The notes below the pieces were generated by a model. That model did not search any database. It was not told where the DNA came from and was given only the letters and a program-made list of their open reading frames with translations. A stretch of DNA of 37,146 nucleotides. It comes from an uncultured Desulfobacteraceae bacterium. GTDB lineage: Bacteria > Desulfobacterota > DSM-4660 > Desulfatiglandales > B25-G16. A program made the position numbers and the translations under genes. Shown here piece after piece: positions 1 through 6,519 of the stretch; position 1 is the stretch's first letter; every line of letters starts with the position of its first letter. The DNA lies in assembly GCA_964393665.1 (NCBI GenBank), contig CAYMVB010000311.1, positions 1 to 37,146 on the forward strand, given 5' to 3'.

Positions 1-209
1 GGGAGAGAGAAGTCCTCAAGATGGTTGGCGAGGGTTATAAAAACAAGGATATTGCTGATTTCCTCTGTATCAGCATGAAAACCGTGCAAAAACACCGGGA
101 CAACATTATGAGAAAATTGGATCTTCATACGGCATCACTCTTAACGAGTTATGCTATTGAAAAAGGACTGGTTGAGAAAGCACAAAAGCAACCCCCAACA
201 ATAGTATAA
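1..209 (+). CDS. LuxR/GerE-type HTH DNA-binding domain; C-terminal end of a 5'-truncated response-regulator-like gene
   Basis: The reading frame is open to the window edge (frame 3: REREVLK precedes the listed M). EREVLKMVGEGYKNKDIADFLCISMKTVQKHRDNIMRKLD is the classic GerE/LuxR helix-turn-helix signature. Stop codon at 207-209. Confidence 0.8.
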   Translation, partial: EREVLKMVGEGYKNKDIADFLCISMKTVQKHRDNIMRKLDLHTASLLTSYAIEKGLVEKAQKQPPTIV

Positions 210-658
210 AATAAATCCTCACCAAGATGCCTCGAAAGACTCTAAAATTGCTTTTTTGTGATATTGGATGCAAACAACCCAGAGTGATAAAACCAAGTAC
301 TTTATGACCCATCGCTTGTTCCCCCATTTTTTTTGGCTAGCATACCCATCACCTTTTCGTAATAAAGGTACCTATTTTTTTAAATGAGACTAACGAGAAA
401 TAAAAAGATAGATTGATTTCGGGATGTATACCAGTACTCACGGACAGGATAAACTGCCTTTCGCTACTGTTGTACTGAAAAATACTTCTGTAAATACATG
501 TTCCACCCTATTTACATATCTTTTAGAAGTGTTTTTATTGATCAGTAGAAAAAAACCAGCAATTTTGAGTTTTTTGCAGGGTGTTTGTGTGGGCATTACC
601 GAAGATCGCGTTGTATTAATAGACATAGAAGGCAATGGTAGCATTTTACCCCGACCGC

Positions 659-682
659 AGAAAACCACGGCTTTAGCCGTGG
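659..682 (-). terminator. Rho-independent terminator candidate (7-bp GC stem, 4-nt loop, U-tract)
   Basis: The minus strand reads CCACGGC-TAAA-GCCGTGG-TTTTCT. It lies about 110 nt downstream of the QNG1-like stop codon, in a convergent intergenic region. Confidence 0.5.
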
Positions 683-790
683 ATGAATACGCCTATAATC
701 GGGATGACGCACTACTAAGCGCCGCCGTTCGCGAAGCGAATCGGCGAAACCAAGTGGTGCCGAGGGCTTGCCCGTGGGGTTCCACTATCA
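659..790 (-). ncRNA. Candidate structured 3'UTR or small RNA: three GC-rich hairpins, the last being an intrinsic terminator
   Basis: On the minus strand this starts a few nt after the stop of the 793..1755 gene. Hairpin 753-786: AGTGG/CCACT closing GGG-CTTG-CCC. Hairpin 723-746: CGCCG+TTCGC / GCGAA+CGGCG with a 3-nt loop. Hairpin 665-682: CCACGGC/GCCGTGG followed by TTTTCT on the minus strand. The segment is visibly more GC-rich than its surroundings. No family was recognised. Confidence 0.3.
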
Positions 791-792
791 GC

Positions 793-1755
793 TCAATAAA
801 AAATTGTTAATGTTTTATGGTAAGGCTTTTTCTTAAAATCACCTTTTTGGCCTAAATTCCACAATAGCCAATCTATCTCAAAGGCACGCACATTTTTTCC
901 CATACGATGCAGTTCCTGCTTAATCAGTTCTACGGCCCAAATAGTATTTGCCCTTATCTCAATTTCTTGGGCGGCCCCAGATACAATAGGCGTTTGTCTG
1001 TCAACTATATATGCGAGAGAAGGCTCGTAATGCAACACCCCCAGTTGGCGAAGTACCTGAGGCAGCTTATAATCGGCAAAGGCGGTGAGCTTATCAATAT
1101 CAATAAAATTCCCCCATTTTCTCCCGCCTAACGCCCCGTAAAGGTCGGCGGCACATATTTGCGCCCGCTTGTAGAAAAAAACCTTCTTCCCGTTGTATCG
1201 GGCTGTATCCCTGAAGGATGGCAATTTATCGGCAAGAAGCCTTGTCAAATCAATTGCGGAACCCCTGGCTTTTTCAACCAGATTATAGACCTTTCCATGA
1301 AAATTTCTGACAAGCAAGCTGCCCAGCTGATTAAGGATTTTCGCCCTCTCTTCCATTAACTGCAAGTGCCCTTCACCGCCTAATATGTTTTTTAAGCTAT
1401 CACGGGAAAGTCCTATTAAATATTCGGGCTCGGTGAATTTAACACCTGACTGTATAGCTTTTTTTAATGAGGCCGCCATCGCGTAATAGCCGGAGATTGG
1501 TTTGGAATCGTATGTTATCTCCCACTTTTTCTCTCCTGATTCAGGCCAGAAGCAAAAGTTAAGGCTGTCGAGAATCAAAATATAAGAGACAGTATCTTCA
1601 TCACTGCCGGAAAAATGGTAATATCTGTCCCACGAAGGTATAGAAATGCTGCCATTAAAGATTTTCTCTGAAAGGGACACAATAGCCTTCTTGTCAATAA
1701 AGACATAGCTACTGGTCTCTGCTATCTCCTTTGATGTCTCAATAACCTCCCACAT
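793..1755 (-). CDS. Queuosine salvage protein, QNG1/DUF2419 family (queuosine 5'-phosphate N-glycosylase/hydrolase-like)
   Basis: 320-aa ORF. It aligns by eye along its whole length to the human QNG1 (C9orf64) pattern: LDSLNFCFWPE, GYYAMAASLKKA, FFYKRAQICAADLY, FADYKLPQVLRQLG, EIEIRANTIWAVELI, and a C-terminal HKTLTIFY. Confidence 0.9.
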   Translation of the reverse strand: MWEVIETSKEIAETSSYVFIDKKAIVSLSEKIFNGSISIPSWDRYYHFSGSDEDTVSYILILDSLNFCFWPESGEKKWEITYDSKPISGYYAMAASLKKAIQSGVKFTEPEYLIGLSRDSLKNILGGEGHLQLMEERAKILNQLGSLLVRNFHGKVYNLVEKARGSAIDLTRLLADKLPSFRDTARYNGKKVFFYKRAQICAADLYGALGGRKWGNFIDIDKLTAFADYKLPQVLRQLGVLHYEPSLAYIVDRQTPIVSGAAQEIEIRANTIWAVELIKQELHRMGKNVRAFEIDWLLWNLGQKGDFKKKPYHKTLTIFY

Positions 1756-2153
1756 GCTCGTTCCATAGAAAGATTGCTGTTATCTTCTCTCCTTATCTTT
1801 TTTACATGACAGATCAGCCCTCTGTATTAAACGTCAACATCTTCGAGGTGTTCAATAATTGAATCCATGCCGTCAAACAGAATTAATTCTGATATTACAT
1901 GAATAATAAAAAATTAATATAAAAATATAATATAGGTTACATTGCTGAATTGATTCTTGACACAACGATATTATTTACATATATCTATTCAAAAGAGATT
2001 ACTAAGTAAATTGACATTGTTTGCCCTTTGAAAATGCCTTGTGTGGATATGTATTTTCATTTCTTTTATGTGCCATTTTTCTAAGTTTATAAGCTTATTT
2101 TTTTTGCAAACCCTACCCTTTTTAGTAACATTTTTTTGCAGGAGAATGGATTT

Positions 2154-2612
2154 TTGAAACAGTATATTACGGCCTTTAAAATTTTTCTTTTACTATCAGT
2201 ATGCTTCTTATCATACCCCGTTAAAGGGGCTGCTCAGGAGGAGGCCACCTCATCCAATCAATCTCAAGTCACCAACAAAATTGTCGAGAAGCTGACACTA
2301 ACCAAGGCAACAATGTGTGAAAGCATAAACAATTTCATTCCAGAAAATGAGGCAATAGTCTTCTCTGTAGAATCAAAAAGGGTGTTCTGTTTCACCAATT
2401 TTAACCCTGTACCTAAAAAAACGTATGTTTACCATATCTGGTATTATAAGGATGCGGTTATTACTAAACATAGACTCTCACTCAATCCTCCACAATGGTC
2501 AACATATAGCTCCATGCAGCTGCGAGATTATGACAAGGGTCCATGGAGGGTAGAAATAACTGACGAAAATAACAAAATCTTCCGTATATTGAGGTTTAGT
2601 GTCACAGATTAA
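2154..2612 (+). CDS. Secreted DUF2914-like protein (signal peptide plus small beta-rich domain)
   Basis: The ORF-track start is TTG at 2136. The in-frame TTG at 2154 sits 10 nt after AGGAG (2139-2143) and gives MKQYITAFKIFLLLSVCFLSYPVKGAAQ, a typical signal peptide. The C-terminal part (VFCFTNF..HIWYY..WSTYSS..GPWRVEITDENNKIF) matches my recollection of the DUF2914 pattern. The stop codon is 6 nt before the cdaA start. Confidence 0.7.
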   Translation: MKQYITAFKIFLLLSVCFLSYPVKGAAQEEATSSNQSQVTNKIVEKLTLTKATMCESINNFIPENEAIVFSVESKRVFCFTNFNPVPKKTYVYHIWYYKDAVITKHRLSLNPPQWSTYSSMQLRDYDKGPWRVEITDENNKIFRILRFSVTD

Positions 2613-2618
2613 AATTTC

Positions 2619-4073
2619 ATGAAAAATTTCTTTCTCTACCTATTTAGCATGCAATTGACGGATCTAATCGATATTGCATTGATTAGCTATATTATCTTCC
2701 GTCTGTATGCGCTCTTTAGAGGCTCAACAGTGCTTCGTGTACTAATCGGCATTGTATTCCTCTGGTTTTTTCAGAGAATAGCCTCTTCAATGAATTTAAT
2801 TCTTACAAGTTGGGCCATTCAGGGTATTATTGCGGCTGCTGCTATCATAGTGATTGTTATCTTTAGAAACGAAATACGCTCTGTTCTTCAAACAAAGAAC
2901 CTAAAAACACTGCTTTGGTCTTATTCTATAAAAAACACACAAACCCCTATAGAAATTATATCAGATAGCGTTTTTGAGTTAGCTAAGAATAATTATGGTG
3001 CCCTTATTGTCATTAGGGCAAAGAATAACCTTCAGGATATTGTCCACAGTGGGATCACATGGAATGGTAGCCTTTCAAAGGAGATGATTTTAAGTATCTT
3101 CTGGCCTGGAAACCCTGTTCATGACGGAGCGGCGATTATACAGGGCGGTCAAATATCCCAAGTCGGTGCAATCTTGCCGGTATCAGGACAAAAAAATCTG
3201 CCATCTCAGTATGGAACTCGTCATAGAGCAGCCTTAGGTTTAACGGAGCAATCTGATGGCGTAGTTGTTGTCGTATCTGAAGAGACCGGCAGGGTAGCGA
3301 TTGCTAAGGATGGCCAGCTAAATTTTTTCTATACACAGGAAAATTTTCTAAAAACCCTGAGGGAATACCTTAATCAAGGAGATGAACAGAGGGCCATTTC
3401 TAAAAAAAGATTCAGACTCGAGACTTCAATTGCAGCCATTGTATCATTCTTGTTTGTAACAGCCATTTGGTTTTTCTTCGCCAGGGGCATGGATACTATA
3501 GTTAATCTTGATGTTCCTATAGAATACATGAGCCGCCCTCAAAAAATGGAAATTTTAGATACATCTGTAAACAAGGTTCGTTTTCAGTTGAGCGGTTCAA
3601 GCGCAATTCTTAAATCAATATCCCCGGACCAGGTACAGGTGCGTTTAGACCTCAGTAAAGGGGTTATTGGAGACAATTCTTTTACCATAACAAACAAGAA
3701 TGTAAGCCTTCCGCCCGGGGTATTGCTAAAATCAATAGAACCAACTGTCATAGATGTTAAACTTGACGAACAAGTGGATAAAGAACTACCCGTGCAGGTT
3801 GACTGGGTTGGAAAATTGCCCTCCCATTTAATCCTAACAGATGTTGAAATAAAACCAGAAAAAATAGTGGTTACAGGGGGTAAAAGCATACTTGAAAAAC
3901 TTTCAACAATATATACGGAAAAGGTCAGACTCGACAGCATAGAAAAATCAGGTGAAATCAGTGTTAATTTGACATTAAACCCTGCATCTTTAAAGGTTAC
4001 GCAGGGATCAAGTGAGAAAATAAAAGTGAACTATGCCGTAAAAAAAAGGGCATTCTACCCTATACAAGAATAG
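2619..4073 (+). CDS. cdaA: Diadenylate cyclase CdaA (DisA_N/DAC domain) fused to a C-terminal TM helix and YbbR/CdaR-like repeats
   Basis: 484 aa. Three N-terminal hydrophobic helices, then a DAC domain with the DGA motif (VHDGAAII) and RHR motif (GTRHRAALG). A fourth hydrophobic helix (TSIAAIVSFLFVTAIWFFFA) follows, then about 190 aa of YbbR-like repeats (P..V.V.L / IVVTGGKSILEKL patterns). Confidence 0.9.
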   Translation: MKNFFLYLFSMQLTDLIDIALISYIIFRLYALFRGSTVLRVLIGIVFLWFFQRIASSMNLILTSWAIQGIIAAAAIIVIVIFRNEIRSVLQTKNLKTLLWSYSIKNTQTPIEIISDSVFELAKNNYGALIVIRAKNNLQDIVHSGITWNGSLSKEMILSIFWPGNPVHDGAAIIQGGQISQVGAILPVSGQKNLPSQYGTRHRAALGLTEQSDGVVVVVSEETGRVAIAKDGQLNFFYTQENFLKTLREYLNQGDEQRAISKKRFRLETSIAAIVSFLFVTAIWFFFARGMDTIVNLDVPIEYMSRPQKMEILDTSVNKVRFQLSGSSAILKSISPDQVQVRLDLSKGVIGDNSFTITNKNVSLPPGVLLKSIEPTVIDVKLDEQVDKELPVQVDWVGKLPSHLILTDVEIKPEKIVVTGGKSILEKLSTIYTEKVRLDSIEKSGEISVNLTLNPASLKVTQGSSEKIKVNYAVKKRAFYPIQE

Positions 4074-4194
4074 AAAACCAAAATAACGGTTCGTTACGAG
4101 TTAATTGAGAAATTTGGTAAACCACCTCCGGAAAGTTTTCGCTTCTTGTCTTCCCTTGAATCTATCAGACTTAAAATTATGAGGAACGTAAAAT

Positions 4195-4821
4195 ATGGAA
4201 TTAAACCTGAACGAAACACCGACGATAGAAGTAAAAAATGAAGCCATAGTTAAAAAGGCGGATGAAATCACTAAGGGCTGTATTAATCAGGAAGAAAAGG
4301 CAGTAAAGCTCTTTTATTTTGTAAGGGATTCAATTACGTATAATATTTATATGATCTCCGTATTCATTGAGGACTTTAAGGCCTCAAGAATTCTTGGGTG
4401 GGAGAAAGGCTACTGCGTGCAGAAGGCTGTACTCCTTGCAGCCCTCGGAAGAGCTGCCGGCATACCTACGCGTCTGGCATTTGCAAAAATTAAAAATCAT
4501 ACATTACCTCCCCATCTTTTTAACTGTTTTAAAACCAATATTTTTCCCAGGCATGGGTATAACCAATTTTTTTTACATGAAAGGTGGATAAGCGCAGCTG
4601 CAACTTTTGACAAGGCACTCTGTGAAAAAAACGGATTGCCCACAGTGGAATTTGATGGAAAAAGTGATTCAATTTTACCAGAGGAGGACCTCAATGGTAA
4701 GCCTTATATAGAATATTTAGAAAAGTTTCCACCCCGGGAAGACCTCCCATTCGATTGGATCTACAAAAAGATATCGATACTTGTGGGCCCAGATAAAAGA
4801 CCCTGGTTGAAAAAGGGATAG
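4195..4821 (+). CDS. Transglutaminase-like superfamily protein (Cys-His-Asp core)
   Basis: 208 aa. GAGGAA SD 8 nt upstream of the ATG. GYCVQKAVLLAALGRAAGIPTRL (catalytic Cys context), followed by RHGYNQFFLHERWISAAATFD (His/Asp context). Confidence 0.8.
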   Translation: MELNLNETPTIEVKNEAIVKKADEITKGCINQEEKAVKLFYFVRDSITYNIYMISVFIEDFKASRILGWEKGYCVQKAVLLAALGRAAGIPTRLAFAKIKNHTLPPHLFNCFKTNIFPRHGYNQFFLHERWISAAATFDKALCEKNGLPTVEFDGKSDSILPEEDLNGKPYIEYLEKFPPREDLPFDWIYKKISILVGPDKRPWLKKG

Positions 4822-4842
4822 AATCTATTTAGCCAGCACAGT

Positions 4843-5604
4843 TTACTTATTATTTCTATCGTTTACCTGCAACCGCTCAATGTGTGATACGATTTCCGAC
4901 ATGCTCTTGCTTGCACTCCCCTTGATGAATATATCGGTAATATCATTGGTGAGTATTGTTTCTTCAAGATTTAGCTCTATGATCCTGGCCCCTGCCTGCT
5001 TGGCCATTCTGGGAAGCATATTAAATGGTGATACAACAGCGGATGTACCTATTATCAATAAAGCCTGGCAGGAGCCAGCTAATTGATAACCTTTTTCCAT
5101 GGCTAAAGGCGGAATTGCCTCCCCGAAAAAAACAACATCAGGCTTAAGTATTCTTCCGCATTCGCACCTAGGTGGATATTGCCCCTTTTTCTCCTCGTAA
5201 TTATACGTTTTTTTGCACCAGATACAGGTCAGGGTTTTAGAATTGCCATGGTACTCAATAACATCCTTAGAGCCAGCCTCCTGATGCAGATTATCCACAT
5301 TCTGTGTTATAACAGAGCTAAGAAGCCCCATACGTTCTAATTTGGCAAGCCCTATATGGGCACTGTTTGGCTTTGCCTTTCCTACAATGTCCTCCATTTC
5401 CTTAAGCATTCGCCAAACCTTCTCAGGGTTTCCACGGAAGGCATAAATTGTAGCGTATTCCTCGGGGTCAAACTTACTCCATAAACCACCCTTGCTCCTG
5501 AAATCAGGTATGCCGGATTCCACTGAGATACCAGCACCGGTTAGGGCGATAGTTGCCTTTGACCCTATAATAACCTTAGCAGCGCTTTCGATTGCCTCTT
5601 TCAT
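4843..5604 (-). CDS. cobB: NAD-dependent protein deacylase, Sir2/CobB family
   Basis: 253 aa. GAGISVESGIPDFRS, TQNVDNLH, a Zn ribbon CIWC..(19 aa)..CECG, and GTSAVV. Confidence 0.92.
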   Translation of the reverse strand: MKEAIESAAKVIIGSKATIALTGAGISVESGIPDFRSKGGLWSKFDPEEYATIYAFRGNPEKVWRMLKEMEDIVGKAKPNSAHIGLAKLERMGLLSSVITQNVDNLHQEAGSKDVIEYHGNSKTLTCIWCKKTYNYEEKKGQYPPRCECGRILKPDVVFFGEAIPPLAMEKGYQLAGSCQALLIIGTSAVVSPFNMLPRMAKQAGARIIELNLEETILTNDITDIFIKGSASKSMSEIVSHIERLQVNDRNNK

Positions 5605-5679
5605 ACATTAATACTCAACGAACATCTTTATTTTGATTGTCTGAAAGATTATAGCCTTATTTTTCACCAGCCCCAACAC

Positions 5680-6519
5680 TTAATCCACTTCGAGGCTAAT
5701 GTCCACCGACCTCGCAGAATGGGTTAATGCGCCAACCGATACCAGATTCACACCTGTCTTGACTACCTCCCCTACTGTTTCTAATGTAACCCCCCCAGAG
5801 GCCTCTAAAAGAACCCTGCCTTTTGCAACAAGCACTGCCTTCTTCATATCCTCCAAAGACATATTATCGAGAAGAACAATATCTGCCCCTGCTGTAAGAG
5901 CCTCTTCAAGGCCCCTAATATCCTCGACCTCTACCTCTACCTTTAATGTATGAGGTGCCGTCTCCCTAACTTTCTGTATGGCCTTGGTTATAGAACCTGC
6001 TGCAACAATATGATTATCCTTCACTAAAATCCCGTCAAATAGTCCAAGGCGGTGGTTAAAACCTCCCCCAACCCTAACTGCGTATTTCTCCAATATTCGT
6101 AAACCTGGCGTGGTCTTCCTTGTATCAACAACCCTTATCTTCGTAGGGTCTATCTTTTCAACATATTTTCTCGTTAATGTGGCTATACCGGAAAGGTGTT
6201 GTAAAAAATTGAGGGCAGTTCTTTCTCCAGTAAGGATACCTTGCAAGGAACCAGCAATTGTACCTATAACATGACCACGGGGAACAGTGTCGCCATCATC
6301 AAAATTCCATTTTACTGTTATATCAGTGTCAATCCTGGTCAATACCCTTGTAAAAATTTCCAGTCCTGCAAGCAGTATCTCTTCTTTAGCAATAAGCCTT
6401 GCTTTCCCCTTAGCAGGACTATCTATAATAGAGGCAGTGGTTATATCACCATTTCCGATGTCTTCCTCTAATGCGGCATCGATTATTTTATCAATCCTGA
6501 AATCACTTTCAAATTTCAC
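5680..6519 (-). CDS. nadC: Nicotinate-nucleotide pyrophosphorylase (quinolinate phosphoribosyltransferase)
   Basis: 279 aa. ERTALNFLQHLSGIAT, DTRKTTPGLR, ILVKDNH, DIVLLDNM. The GTG start overlaps the valS TGA stop (GTGA, 6516-6519). Confidence 0.95.
   Translation of the reverse strand: MKFESDFRIDKIIDAALEEDIGNGDITTASIIDSPAKGKARLIAKEEILLAGLEIFTRVLTRIDTDITVKWNFDDGDTVPRGHVIGTIAGSLQGILTGERTALNFLQHLSGIATLTRKYVEKIDPTKIRVVDTRKTTPGLRILEKYAVRVGGGFNHRLGLFDGILVKDNHIVAAGSITKAIQKVRETAPHTLKVEVEVEDIRGLEEALTAGADIVLLDNMSLEDMKKAVLVAKGRVLLEASGGVTLETVGEVVKTGVNLVSVGALTHSARSVDISLEVD

Noticed and set aside
736-770. Resemblance of GCGAAACCAAGTGGTGCCGAGGG to the GCGAAACCCAAGGTGCATGCCGAGGGG segment near the 5' end of E. 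coli tmRNA, and of GATGACGC to a stretch of 4.5S RNA
   Set aside because: No tRNA-like acceptor or T-arm (GGTTCGAnTCC...CCA) is present on either strand. No frame gives a tag ORF ending in a hydrophobic ..AA plus stop. A plus-strand tmRNA would run into the opposing CDS. The SRP GGAA tetraloop and symmetric-loop motif is also absent. I treat these as coincidental short matches.
424-810. Track ORFs 424..810 (+, 128 aa) and 438..668 (-, 76 aa) as protein-coding genes
   Set aside because: Neither has an SD or a recognisable domain. They overlap each other, run through the GC-rich hairpins and terminator, and the plus ORF overlaps the 3' end of the well-supported QNG1-like gene. They are better explained as chance ORFs in a structured non-coding region.
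1787-1825. PreQ1-I riboswitch-like sequence upstream of the queuosine-salvage gene (minus strand: ACAGA-GGGCTGA-TCTGT hairpin followed by CATGTAAAAAAGATAAGGAGAG)
   Set aside because: It was tempting because the A-rich tail plus AAGGAG resembles the preQ1-I 3' tail and the gene is queuosine-related. However, the loop is only 7 nt, the conserved loop and P2-pairing nucleotides are not evident, and the AAGGAG lies ~32 nt from the ATG at 1755 with an in-frame TAA between them. That is not enough for a call, though a cmscan with RF00522 would settle it.
4843-5604. The Sir2-domain gene as a possible anti-phage (Thoeris/DSR-like) effector
   Set aside because: It is a compact canonical sirtuin with a Zn-ribbon cysteine pair and the QNVDNLH motif, and it has no extra sensor or effector domain. 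It sits next to nadC in a housekeeping string, which is consistent with a CobB deacylase.
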